A DNA stretch of 34,143 nucleotides, taken from the IMG/VR virus record IMGVR_UViG_3300046779_001698, positions 1-34,143 of that record. One strand, given 5' to 3'. This stretch comes from a virus. Lineage: Duplodnaviria; Caudoviricetes. Of the stretch, positions 7,649 through 16,932 are shown piece after piece. Below the pieces are notes generated by a model. It was not told the DNA's origin. It saw only the letters and a program-made list of their open reading frames with translations, and made no database searches. A program made the position numbers and the translations under genes. The stretch's first letter is position 1. The number at the start of each line of letters is the position of its first letter.

Positions 7649-9181
7649 ATGGAAGAGAAACTACTCGATATTTCTTACAGAAAACAAATTATCAAAGAGA
7701 TTAAGGCCGATGAGAATACTCAGAGGAAAGTCGTCTCTTATAAAAAGCAAAATATGCAAGAGGATAACTTCTTCCAATACGTTCAAGAGTATTTAGAATC
7801 AAAACTAGATCCTTTGACTGTTAAAGAAATGTCTATTTTTGCAAACGTAAATCTTCAAAGAAGAATTTCTAAATCAGAAGCCTCTCTTTATAAGAAGGAA
7901 CCAATTAGAAGATTCATGGCAGGAAATAAAGAAGTGCCAGAATTTAGTTCTATCTATTCTGATATGGATATTAACACTGTTTTAAGAATGGCAAACGAAG
8001 CTTATAAGTATGAAGGTCAATGTGCAATTCAGATCTATCCTTACGAAGACAAACTAAAGTGCAGGGTATTGCTTCCACATCACTTTGATGTAATTGCAGA
8101 TGAGAAGAACCCAGAGCGTCCAGTGGCCTACATTATTTCTAACTTTGACAATACCAGCAGAGACAAGATTGATAGAGCAGTTAGAAGAACCGGCTTTTCT
8201 CAAGGTGATAAATACAGAGATTCAATCAATCAAGAGATTGCTGATTATGACGATCAAAACTTAAAGAACGAAAGATATTATGTTTGGTCAAAGTCATTTA
8301 ACTTTGTAATGAACGGGAAAGGTGAGATCTTAGATAAAGAAACAGAGTCAGTTGTTATTGAAGCTTTTGAGGATAATGATGTAAATATCATGTCACCATT
8401 AGCAGAGACTCAATGCCTTCCTTTTGTGGATGTTTCATCTGGGAAGAACTTTGAGTTTTGGATTAGAGGCTTTGATTCTCTATTTGATGCGACTGTTATG
8501 TATAACGTAATCCTCACATCAGAGTTTCAAACTGTAGAAATGCAAGGTCATGCCCAGCCATATTATAAAGGCGATGCTGAGCATATGCCTGAGAATATAA
8601 GAATTGGCGTCGATAAGATGATCTTCATTCCACAAAATCCAAATAACCCAGTTAACTCTGAGTTTGGCTTTGCTAATCCAGGATCAGATCTTTCTGGTAT
8701 AAGACAATTTAGAGAGTCATTCCTAGCAGCTTTCTTAAGTTCTCGTGGTCTTGATACATCAATTGTAAGCGGAAATCCTACAACAAATACTGCAAGCTCA
8801 GGCGTTGAAAAGCTTCTTCAAATGGTAGAAAAGTTTGAAGCAAGCCAAGAAGATATTTCATTATTCCGACACGTTGAAGAAGAGATTGCTGAGATCATTG
8901 CTTGTTATATCTCATCGTTTAGAGGCTTAAGGGTTGATGACTCATTGATGCTAAAAGATATTTATCAGCTAACAGTTATGCCAGAAGATCTTGCTGTTAA
9001 TGTTGAGTTTGCTAAACCTGAGATGATTAAAACAGAAATGGAAATGCTAGAAGTAGCTGCTAAAGAAATTGAGCTTGGGCTGACTTCAAGGGTTCACGTT
9101 CTTATGAAGCTTAAAAATATGACCAAAGAAGAAGCTGAAAAGCATATCCAGGAAGTTGATCAATATGCAGGTATTGTTTAA
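7649..9181 (+). CDS. Portal protein (SPP1 gp6-like)
   Basis: ~510 aa after terL; ASSGVEK.., VNVEF..P, GLTSR..MTKEEAEKHIQEV C-terminal pattern; ATG 7649 preferred over TTG 7631. Confidence 0.85.
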   Translation: MEEKLLDISYRKQIIKEIKADENTQRKVVSYKKQNMQEDNFFQYVQEYLESKLDPLTVKEMSIFANVNLQRRISKSEASLYKKEPIRRFMAGNKEVPEFSSIYSDMDINTVLRMANEAYKYEGQCAIQIYPYEDKLKCRVLLPHHFDVIADEKNPERPVAYIISNFDNTSRDKIDRAVRRTGFSQGDKYRDSINQEIADYDDQNLKNERYYVWSKSFNFVMNGKGEILDKETESVVIEAFEDNDVNIMSPLAETQCLPFVDVSSGKNFEFWIRGFDSLFDATVMYNVILTSEFQTVEMQGHAQPYYKGDAEHMPENIRIGVDKMIFIPQNPNNPVNSEFGFANPGSDLSGIRQFRESFLAAFLSSRGLDTSIVSGNPTTNTASSGVEKLLQMVEKFEASQEDISLFRHVEEEIAEIIACYISSFRGLRVDDSLMLKDIYQLTVMPEDLAVNVEFAKPEMIKTEMEMLEVAAKEIELGLTSRVHVLMKLKNMTKEEAEKHIQEVDQYAGIV

Positions 9182-9729
9182 TGGAAGGAGTTAATGATCC
9201 TAAATATTCTAAGAGTGAGGTAAGCCAAAAGTTTAACCTTAAAAAGCTCTTAGGGTATGAACCAACGGACTATCAAAAAGAATTATTCTTTGAGCTTGTA
9301 GCAGAGAGAATAGTTGAAAGGACTTCCAACGGTAAGGATATTAACGGAAGCAAATTTACTAGGTACTCAGAAGATTATGCTGAGAAAAAAGGCGTATCTA
9401 GGGATTCAGTGGATCTTATTCTTGAGGGTGATATGCTTCAATCATTTGAACCAGAAGCTCAAAAGAATATTGTTAAAATAAAAATGGCTGATGGAGTAGA
9501 AACTCTTAAGGCATATAATCACAACGTAGGCGATACACTTCCACAGAGAACATTCTTTGGGATAACTAAAGATAATGAACTTAAAAGAATAATTAAAGCA
9601 GTTGATCAAGAAAAGCCCAGCAAGTCAGAAAAGACCACAACAGAAAGAGCGGTTGATCTAGCAGAGCTAAGAAGAGCAATTCAAGAAACGATTGATCTTG
9701 AGATTGAGGGATTCGATGGCAACAGTTAG
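9181..9729 (+). CDS. Virion morphogenesis protein (Mu gpG/P2 S-like)
   Basis: ERT..GKDING..F..YS..Y...K, VDLILEGDMLQS, KAYNHN.G..LPQRTFFGI. Confidence 0.7.
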   Translation: MEGVNDPKYSKSEVSQKFNLKKLLGYEPTDYQKELFFELVAERIVERTSNGKDINGSKFTRYSEDYAEKKGVSRDSVDLILEGDMLQSFEPEAQKNIVKIKMADGVETLKAYNHNVGDTLPQRTFFGITKDNELKRIIKAVDQEKPSKSEKTTTERAVDLAELRRAIQETIDLEIEGFDGNS

Positions 9730-10237
9730 CATCAAGGGAATAAAACAACTTGAGGCAAAACTAAATAGAACTCTCAGAATAGAGATCAATAAGCTTTTTA
9801 GAGATAAAGAGTTAAGAGATAAGATTGGTGCTATTGTCGTAAAAGATATTAAAGAAAATTACGAGTCAGAAAAATCACCGGCCGAAGGCACTCTTAAATG
9901 GCGTGAAAGATATGATCCAATTAATAGAACTGATCCGGCCTATGATAGAAGCAAGATTAAAGCTGTCTTTACTGGAGAGTTATTAGAGGATCTTAGAAAA
10001 AACATCAAAGCAAATACCAATGAAAGAACCTTTGTAATTGAGCATTCAAATAAGAGACATAAAAAGTATCAAGGAAAGACAAAGAAGATAGGAAGCCAAT
10101 CTCCTTACAATGAAATTAGTCGTGGCATAATTGAGGATCATGGCCATAATTATATGGAATTAACGGATGAAGCTAAAAAAGAAATAACTACTTTAGTTAG
10201 AGAAAAGATATTCGAGCTTGTTTCTCGGATAAAGTAA
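9716..10237 (+). CDS. Second morphogenesis/neck-like protein
   Basis: MATVSIKGIKQLEAKL N-term and FTGELLEDL motif; ATG 9716 after GAGGG. Confidence 0.55.
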   Translation: MATVSIKGIKQLEAKLNRTLRIEINKLFRDKELRDKIGAIVVKDIKENYESEKSPAEGTLKWRERYDPINRTDPAYDRSKIKAVFTGELLEDLRKNIKANTNERTFVIEHSNKRHKKYQGKTKKIGSQSPYNEISRGIIEDHGHNYMELTDEAKKEITTLVREKIFELVSRIK

Positions 10238-10266
10238 AATTGACAACTGCAATAAAAGGATTGACA

Positions 10267-10857
10267 ATGAGTGAAGAAGTTCAAGCTCCAGTGGAGCAAG
10301 CAGATCAAGCCAGTGGCGAGACTGTTGAGAGTAAAGATTCAGTTTCCTTGACGAGTTATCAGAAAGTTTTAAAGGAAAAGAAAAGCTTCCAATCAAGACT
10401 TTCGGAGTATGAATCTAAATTGCAAAAGCTAGAAGAAGAAAAGCTTCATGCTGAAGGCAAAAAAGAGGAGTTACTTGATAGCTACAAGAAACGAGTCCAG
10501 GAATTAGAAAGCAGGCTTGATAAAACAAATAAAAGCTATGCTTGGAATACGCTAACAGGATCAATTAAAACCGAAGCTGTTAAAGCTGGTTGTAAAGATC
10601 CAGATAAGCTTATTCGATTAATGGATGATGAAGACTTACGCTCTATTGAGATTGGTGATAATTTTACGATTAACACTGATAGCTTGAAAGAGATCATTGA
10701 AAAGAATAAGAAAGAAAACTACTTCTTATTTGAAACAACTCCTAGACAAGCATCAGTTGGAAATCCAAGTAAAAAAGCACCAGAAGAACCAAAGAAGAGT
10801 TTAAAGGATATGTCTCTTGCTGAATTAAAAGAGATGTATAAACAAAATAGAAAATAA
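10267..10857 (+). CDS. Capsid scaffolding protein
   Basis: Coiled-coil, K/E-rich, ending ..NYFLF..; directly before capsid gene; ATG 10267 after AAGGA. Confidence 0.85.
   Translation: MSEEVQAPVEQADQASGETVESKDSVSLTSYQKVLKEKKSFQSRLSEYESKLQKLEEEKLHAEGKKEELLDSYKKRVQELESRLDKTNKSYAWNTLTGSIKTEAVKAGCKDPDKLIRLMDDEDLRSIEIGDNFTINTDSLKEIIEKNKKENYFLFETTPRQASVGNPSKKAPEEPKKSLKDMSLAELKEMYKQNRK
10285..10317 (+). repeat. Tandem CC-AGT-GG inverted repeats (pair 2)
   Basis: GCTCC-AGT-GGAGC (10285-10297) and GCC-AGT-GGC (10309-10317); centres 22 nt apart. Confidence 0.7.
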
Positions 10858-10878
10858 CAAATACCTGGAGGGTATAAC

Positions 10879-11760
10879 ATGACTGTTGCTAAAAACGCTG
10901 ACGTTCAAGACGTTCAAGAAGCATTAGTTGCCGAAGTTGTTCAAAGAGAACTTCAGGCCGCTTCAAAATTATCTGGTCTTTTTGCTGACTATTCATCTTT
11001 AGTTGGTAAAGGAACTGCATCTCTTAAAATTCCTAGAGCTTCATCTTTTACAGTTGGAACTAGAGATAACGCTACTCCAACAGCTGCATCTGCAATGAAC
11101 CTTACTTTTTCTTTTGACGAGATCGCTCTTAGCAAAAGCAAGTATGTTTATTACGTAATTCCTGGCGATGTTGAGCTTGATGCTAAACCTTCTTACGAGC
11201 TTACTGCTGCTGAAAGAGCTGCTTCCGCTCATGGAAGAAACTTAGATATCGAAAGACTCAATACTCTTTGGGTTGGTGCTGCTACTGCTAACGATGTTGC
11301 TTTTGTTTCTGGTACAACTGACATCGAAGATACACTTCTTTCTATGATCCAAAAAGCTGATGAAGCTAATATGCTTGATGATGGCAATCGTTTCTTGATT
11401 GTTCGTCCGCAAGAAAGAAAGCAACTTCTTGGCGTTGCTAACTTCGTTCAAGCTGATCGTTACGGAAACAATGTTGCCCTAATCTCTGGTGAGCTTGGAT
11501 CTGTTTACGGCGTAAGAGTTATCGTTGTTAATCATGCTGGTACTGAAGCTGCTGCTACAGGCGGTATGTTTGCTGATGGTAAAATGGTTCTTTGTCACAG
11601 AGAATCTCTTGGCTTTGCTTTCCACAGACTTCCTGTTCATGACATGGAAAAAGCTATCCAATACGGAGCTGGTTCTATGGCTCATACTTGGGATGTTAAA
11701 TACGGATTGTCTGCTCTTCAAGATGGTGAGCTAATCGTTCGTGCTTGGGATCTTCCGTAA
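10879..11760 (+). CDS. Major capsid protein (HK97 fold)
   Basis: 293 aa, SD GGAGG, NRFLIVRP, GELGSVYGVRV, DVKYG motifs; strong GCT/GTT/CTT codon bias. Confidence 0.9.
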   Translation: MTVAKNADVQDVQEALVAEVVQRELQAASKLSGLFADYSSLVGKGTASLKIPRASSFTVGTRDNATPTAASAMNLTFSFDEIALSKSKYVYYVIPGDVELDAKPSYELTAAERAASAHGRNLDIERLNTLWVGAATANDVAFVSGTTDIEDTLLSMIQKADEANMLDDGNRFLIVRPQERKQLLGVANFVQADRYGNNVALISGELGSVYGVRVIVVNHAGTEAAATGGMFADGKMVLCHRESLGFAFHRLPVHDMEKAIQYGAGSMAHTWDVKYGLSALQDGELIVRAWDLP

Positions 11761-11764
11761 TTAG

Positions 11765-11983
11765 ATGAAAATACCTGTTGGTAGAATTCCAAAATACATA
11801 ACCGCTAGTAGTCCGAAAGGGCTACAGCGGCTTATGCTTTTACTTCAATCCAGACTCGGATATGGAGTTAACTTTTTTGATATTCAATTTGTTAAAAAAG
11901 AATGGATTGCATGGTATTATGACAACGACGATATCACACTTCACAACGTAGAGGAAAAGCTTGGCAATACCTCAGACAGCTAG
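11765..11983 (+). CDS. Hypothetical protein
   Basis: 72-aa ORF 4 nt after capsid stop. Confidence 0.6.
   Translation: MKIPVGRIPKYITASSPKGLQRLMLLLQSRLGYGVNFFDIQFVKKEWIAWYYDNDDITLHNVEEKLGNTSDS
11802..11830 (+). terminator. GAAA-tetraloop hairpin inside ORF, probable post-capsid attenuator/stabiliser
   Basis: CCGCT-A-GTAGTCC-GAAA-GGGCTAC-AGCGG followed by CTTATGCTTTT. Confidence 0.55.
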
Positions 11984-13277
11984 TGGAACCACTAGAGATA
12001 AAGAGCATAAGAGCTTTGTTGACTCTCCAACGAGAGGATCTGACTATACGGCCAGAGAAGTTTACGTTGGTAATACTAATTATCAAAGAGTGCCTGTTGA
12101 TACCGGAGTTGAAGATAGCTTTGGACGCCTAAAGGTAGCTCAACCTCATCTATTATTTGATTCTCACTTTCAATACTCACTACAAGAAAAAGTCTTTATA
12201 AGAAGCACAGATCTTGGAGCAACAATAACCCATGACGTAAATAGAGCAGCAGTTAGACTTTCTTGTTCTGCCACTCCTAACTCAAGGGCAAGATTTAGAA
12301 CTAGAAATTATTTTCCTTACTCTCCAGCATTTACCAATACTGTTATTGGCTCGTTTAATTTTCAAGGAACTAATAACGGAATTGTTAAACGCATTGGAAT
12401 GTTTGATGAAAGAAATGGCTACATTTTAGAATCAAATAGCACTATTAGAGTTGGCATTAGATCATCTATTTCGGGATCACCTGTAACGACTTACGTTGAC
12501 CGAGCAAATTGGAATATTGACGTAATGGACGGATCTGGAGATGAAGCTAATCCATCTGGGAAAACAATTGATACAACTAAGCAGAATATTTTCTACCTAC
12601 AATTTCAGTGGCTAGGTTCTGGATCTGTTGTGTTTGGATTTGTTTTTGATAACAGGATCTACCCAGTTCACAGATTTGATTTTGCAGGAAATATAACTTC
12701 TCTTTATTCTCAAACTGCTACACTTCCAATACAGGCCGAGATATTAAATAATTCTGGCCTAGCAAGCTTCTTTGAATTTACTTGCTGCTCTGTTGTTTCA
12801 AACGGAGCATTAGCTCAGCATGGTCATCTTCACTCAGCTTCTAACGGAATAACCCCTAGGACTTTATCAGCAACAGGCGTTGCTTATCCAGTTATGAGCA
12901 TCAGAAAAGCTCCAGGGTATTCAAGCATACCTGTTCAAATATTGGATCTTAACTGCTTCTCTACTTCTCAAGATGATTTCTTGGTTCAAATTATCCATAA
13001 GCCAACTTTAACAGGTGCAGTTTGGGTAAATATTCCAGCTTCATTCTGTCAGAAAGATGTAAGTGCTACGGCATTTACAGGTGGTGAGATTGTTGCCGAG
13101 TTTTACATGAAGGGAAATCTTCAAGCATCAGAAAGACTAGATGTTATATCTAAGTTTTGGGATCTTACTCTTGGAGATGATTTTCTTGGTAACTCTGAGA
13201 TTATGCTTATCGCTGCGACTCCTTTGACGACAAATGCTAATATGTACTCAGTAATATCATTTAAGGAGTACGAGTAA
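11961..13277 (+). CDS. Putative virion structural protein, beta-rich/lectin-like
   Basis: DSFGRLKVAQP..LFD and FQWLGSG motifs seen in phage structural proteins; TTG start after GAGG. Confidence 0.55.
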   Translation: MAIPQTASGTTRDKEHKSFVDSPTRGSDYTAREVYVGNTNYQRVPVDTGVEDSFGRLKVAQPHLLFDSHFQYSLQEKVFIRSTDLGATITHDVNRAAVRLSCSATPNSRARFRTRNYFPYSPAFTNTVIGSFNFQGTNNGIVKRIGMFDERNGYILESNSTIRVGIRSSISGSPVTTYVDRANWNIDVMDGSGDEANPSGKTIDTTKQNIFYLQFQWLGSGSVVFGFVFDNRIYPVHRFDFAGNITSLYSQTATLPIQAEILNNSGLASFFEFTCCSVVSNGALAQHGHLHSASNGITPRTLSATGVAYPVMSIRKAPGYSSIPVQILDLNCFSTSQDDFLVQIIHKPTLTGAVWVNIPASFCQKDVSATAFTGGEIVAEFYMKGNLQASERLDVISKFWDLTLGDDFLGNSEIMLIAATPLTTNANMYSVISFKEYE

Positions 13278-13648
13278 TGGTAAGATTAAAGCGTCAATAT
13301 ACCGACTTCGTTTCTATTATCACGTCCAAAAACTTACAAATGTTCTTTGGTGATATCAGATCTGATTTTTATCATTTATTAGCAATTGATGAGACTATCA
13401 TCTATGAATGTTTAATCCCAAAGGATGGCGGTGTAGATCAGCTTTCCTTTGAAGCGGATTATTTGTCTTTGATGACTCTTAAAAAGACTGAAACGCCTGA
13501 ATGGGATGACTTTGTAACATCATTTCCAAGTAACTCAGAAGAGCTTCATACATATAAAAGAGGATCTACTACTGTTCAAGAGATCCTTGTTACTTATCAG
13601 AACTCACAAAAAAAGCAGATTGTTAGAATCCAAAAAACGAGGTTCTAA
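13277..13648 (+). CDS. Hypothetical protein (accessory structural block)
   Basis: TAATG coupling, SD AAGGAG. Confidence 0.65.
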   Translation: MVRLKRQYTDFVSIITSKNLQMFFGDIRSDFYHLLAIDETIIYECLIPKDGGVDQLSFEADYLSLMTLKKTETPEWDDFVTSFPSNSEELHTYKRGSTTVQEILVTYQNSQKKQIVRIQKTRF

Positions 13649-13821
13649 TGTGGAGATTTGATCCAGTAAGAGTTGATTTGATCTTCGCTCAAACTGTTGA
13701 AGAAGTGGTTGATGGATCTTTAATTAGTTTTGAAGATGGCACGGACTTGTCAATTGATATGGGAAGTGCTGATAATAATGGAGTAATAGATCAAGGAAAT
13801 GTGATTAATGGCACGGTTTAA
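13648..13821 (+). CDS. Small acidic protein, 57 aa (absent from ORF track)
   Basis: TAATG coupling, SD GAGG; MWRFDPVRVDLIF...DQGNVINGTV. Confidence 0.7.
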   Translation: MWRFDPVRVDLIFAQTVEEVVDGSLISFEDGTDLSIDMGSADNNGVIDQGNVINGTV

Positions 13822-14185
13822 AGCTCCAAAAATAACAACGAGTCAGAGAATGTCATTAGCTTTAGAATTAAGTGAGCTTGTTTACGATACTGATCAAATG
13901 CTATTTTATGGCGGTGATGGTTCAACTGTTGGCGGTGTCCCTATAGGGGCAGGCGTATCGGGTCAGACTCAAATCATCACACTAGATTCAACTCATATTT
14001 TAAATAAAAAAGTTACTCTTTCTGGGACTCCACTTTTTCCCGATAACGTCACTCTCCTTATGGCAGGTGGCATTCATCAATTTAATGGAATTGATTTTGA
14101 AGTTGTTGGAAATGAATTAAGATGGAATTCACTGGGCCTTGATGGCTTTGTCGAAGAACTCGACATATTTCTCGTACAATATTAA
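13808..14185 (+). CDS. Fibre-associated protein with Mtd/hyaluronidase-type N-terminal motif
   Basis: ELVYDTDQMLFYGGDGSTVGG motif; C-term resembles the C-term of the next gene. Confidence 0.6.
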   Translation: MARFKAPKITTSQRMSLALELSELVYDTDQMLFYGGDGSTVGGVPIGAGVSGQTQIITLDSTHILNKKVTLSGTPLFPDNVTLLMAGGIHQFNGIDFEVVGNELRWNSLGLDGFVEELDIFLVQY

Positions 14186-14203
14186 CCACAGGAAGGTTTA
14201 AGA

Positions 14204-15466
14204 ATGGCACAACAAATTAAGAAAAAGTTTATTGGTAATGATCAAGTAGGTGCAAGTAAGATCCTTATTGAATCTGGATCAGCACTAAGAGCAATGGATG
14301 GAGCTTCTGAAGTTGAACTTGCAAAAGTCTCTTCTGGCGAAGTCTTTTTAAATGGAACAAAGATTTTAAACTCATCTAATCTCGTTCCGTCTGCGGTTCT
14401 TCCAAGTTATGTGGACGACGTTCTGGAAGTAGCAAATTTCGCTGCTCTTCCTGTAACTGGAGAGTCTGGAAAAATCTACATTACTCTAGATACAAATAAG
14501 CAATATCGTTGGTCTGGTTCTGTTTACGTTCAAATTACTTCGGGTGCTGTTGACTCTGTTAATGGTGAGACTGGAGTTGTTGTTCTTGATGCTTCTGAAA
14601 TCCAAATGGTATCTGAAGCTGTTTCAATTGAATCTAAGCTTGTTTCATTACAAGGTGAGATTGATGCAGAAGAACTTGCAAGAGCTAACGCTGATACTGC
14701 ACTTCAAAACAACATTGATACACTTGAAACAAATCTTGGTTTAGCAATTGATAACGTACAAGCTGAATTAGATGCAACTCAAGCAGGTGCAGGACTTGAG
14801 TTTGATGGATCTTATTCTGTAACTGATAACGGAATGTCGTCATTCATTGCAGGCACTACAACTTTAAAAGGTTCAATTGATGCCTTAGACCTAGCATTGA
14901 TTCAATATGATCTAAACCTTGGTCAAGAAATTCTAGATAGAACTAACGGAGACGCCGCACTTCAGACTGAGCTTGATGATACTCAAGTTGGTGCAGGCTT
15001 AGGAACTGATGGATCTTATACTGCTCCAGTTGGATCTAACTATCTTGGACTTGCTACTTCTTTAAAAGATGCTGACTCTAAATTAGACGCTCAAATTAAA
15101 GTTGTTGCTGATGATCTTGCACAAGAAATCCTAGATAGAGCTGCTGACGTTGATGCTGAAGAGACAAGAGCTTTAGCTGCTGAAAGTGCTTTAGATCTAA
15201 GAATTGATGATCTTGAAGCTGTTGCTTGGTTTAAAGAGAAGTTTACAGTTGATGCTACAATCATCTCTAACGGATTTGTTACTCTTGCTCATACTCCTAA
15301 AGCAAACTCAATCAATGCTTTCGTTGATAGACTTGCTATACATGAAGGTGCAGCAGAGGATTACACTGTATCAGGTGCAGTTGTTACATTTCTTAACGGA
15401 CTTGTATCTCCAGGGAACCAAGCCCTACAAGCTGGTGATGAAATTTTTATTAAATATCAGGCTTAA
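14204..15466 (+). CDS. Fibre/decoration protein with coiled-coil repeats
   Basis: LPSYVDDVLE module, SVNG linker, two TQxGAGLxxDGSY repeats, capsid-like codon bias. Confidence 0.65.
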   Translation: MAQQIKKKFIGNDQVGASKILIESGSALRAMDGASEVELAKVSSGEVFLNGTKILNSSNLVPSAVLPSYVDDVLEVANFAALPVTGESGKIYITLDTNKQYRWSGSVYVQITSGAVDSVNGETGVVVLDASEIQMVSEAVSIESKLVSLQGEIDAEELARANADTALQNNIDTLETNLGLAIDNVQAELDATQAGAGLEFDGSYSVTDNGMSSFIAGTTTLKGSIDALDLALIQYDLNLGQEILDRTNGDAALQTELDDTQVGAGLGTDGSYTAPVGSNYLGLATSLKDADSKLDAQIKVVADDLAQEILDRAADVDAEETRALAAESALDLRIDDLEAVAWFKEKFTVDATIISNGFVTLAHTPKANSINAFVDRLAIHEGAAEDYTVSGAVVTFLNGLVSPGNQALQAGDEIFIKYQA

Positions 15467-15473
15467 TTAATTC

Positions 15474-15498
15474 GGGGAGGGCAACCTCCCCTTCTCTT
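15474..15498 (+). terminator. GCAA-tetraloop hairpin, weak terminator
   Basis: GGGGAGG-GCAA-CCTCCCC then TTCTCTT. Confidence 0.7.
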
Positions 15499-15509
15499 AC
15501 AAGGAAAGT

Positions 15510-16766
15510 ATGAGTAAGTTTTCAACGAGATATTTAGACAACGAGATGGCAACGGATGCAGAGCTTGCATCTTTTCAGTCTCAACTTGATGATATTCTTT
15601 TGAAACTTCCTGATCCTGAGTTTAAATTTATAAATGCTAAGTCGGATCTACCAACCCCAGTTAGTGGAGTGATTACACTTGCAGATAACGTCACTTACTT
15701 TATTACTAAAACAATTGATCTAACAGGTGATCGCTTAGTTGGTGGACAAAATACCACTATTCTGGGTGGATCTTCTGAGAACTGCATATTAATCTCGACT
15801 GGATTAAACGCTAATACAGCTTTATTAAGCTCTATTTGGTCTATCCCCATGAGAAACATAACTATTACTCATGGAACTGCTTTAAACCTAAATGGGACTG
15901 GATCAGCTACTACTGCAATCGACTGGTTCGGTGTTAACTTTACCAATTGTGCAACAGTCGGGACAATATCCAACTACTCCAACTTTATCATGAGTGATTG
16001 TGCATTGCTTAACTCTGCAAATATGACCTTTGATGGAACAATAGGAACTGTTGGTTTTCAGCAATGCTTGTTTACTGGAATAGCAGGTCAAACAACTTTA
16101 AACTTCCCTTCAACGCTAACGATTACTAGAAGAATTAGAGTTATCTATTCTTCATTTGTAGCTTTCGGCGGTGCTACTGCTATCTTCGTAAGTCCATCCG
16201 TAACATTTAGCGGAGGAGCAGAGACATATATTTTAGATACAATTAACTTCAGTGGAGGAGCTACTTACACTGGAGGATTAGACTATACATCTAACACAGC
16301 TTTATTTTCTAATTGTAAAGGTATTACCAACTCATCAGAAATTGGCCAAATGTATTACACTAACAACACCTCTCCAAACACAATTGCAACCACAGGCGTG
16401 TTCGAGAAGATAGTTGGAAATACAACCGCATCTTCAATTAATCAAAAATTTACTCATACATCAAACAGGCTTACGTACACTGGTGGATTAAACAGATCAT
16501 TCAAGGTGACTGGCTTTATATCTGCTAACTCAGTAACGACAAACATCGTGACAATTCTAGTTAGAATAGCAAAGAACGGAACTACAATTGCAGAGTCAGA
16601 AGCACAGGCAACAACGTCAGCAACAGGAAGGAATGAATCTTTCCCATGTCAGGCTATTGTTGAGCTTGCTCCAAATGACTTTATTGAAATGTTTATAGCT
16701 AACGCTACTAATGCCAACAACTTGCTTGTTACAGAGCTAAACGTAGTTGTTGAAGCACTAAATTAG
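15510..16766 (+). CDS. Adhesin/spike-like protein (beta-helix-like middle, BclA/C1q-like C-terminus)
   Basis: T/N/S-rich repetitive beta pattern; C-term IAKNGTTI..VELAPNDFIEMFIAN. Confidence 0.55.
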   Translation: MSKFSTRYLDNEMATDAELASFQSQLDDILLKLPDPEFKFINAKSDLPTPVSGVITLADNVTYFITKTIDLTGDRLVGGQNTTILGGSSENCILISTGLNANTALLSSIWSIPMRNITITHGTALNLNGTGSATTAIDWFGVNFTNCATVGTISNYSNFIMSDCALLNSANMTFDGTIGTVGFQQCLFTGIAGQTTLNFPSTLTITRRIRVIYSSFVAFGGATAIFVSPSVTFSGGAETYILDTINFSGGATYTGGLDYTSNTALFSNCKGITNSSEIGQMYYTNNTSPNTIATTGVFEKIVGNTTASSINQKFTHTSNRLTYTGGLNRSFKVTGFISANSVTTNIVTILVRIAKNGTTIAESEAQATTSATGRNESFPCQAIVELAPNDFIEMFIANATNANNLLVTELNVVVEALN

Positions 16767-16773
16767 GAGAGAT

Positions 16774-16923
16774 ATGCCACTTATAAAGGGATATTCTAAA
16801 AAGAGCATTTCTAAGAATATTAAGAAAGAAATAAAAAGCGGAAAGAAAAAATCTCAAGCTGTTGCCATAGCTCTTTCTGTTGCTAAAACAGCTAAAAAGA
16901 AAGCTAAAAAGAAAAAGAAATAA
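16774..16923 (+). CDS. Small highly basic phage protein, 49 aa (absent from ORF track)
   Basis: SD AGGAG; MPLIKGYSKKSISKNIKKEIKSGKKKSQAVAIALSVAK.., a QAVAIA family common in phage head clusters. Confidence 0.85.
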   Translation: MPLIKGYSKKSISKNIKKEIKSGKKKSQAVAIALSVAKTAKKKAKKKKK

Positions 16924-16932
16924 GGAATTATT

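Noticed and set aside
10240-10268. Internal promoter from the doubled TTGACA before the scaffold gene
   Set aside because: The matching -10 (GACAAT) overlaps the likely start codon; the second TTGACA has no good -10
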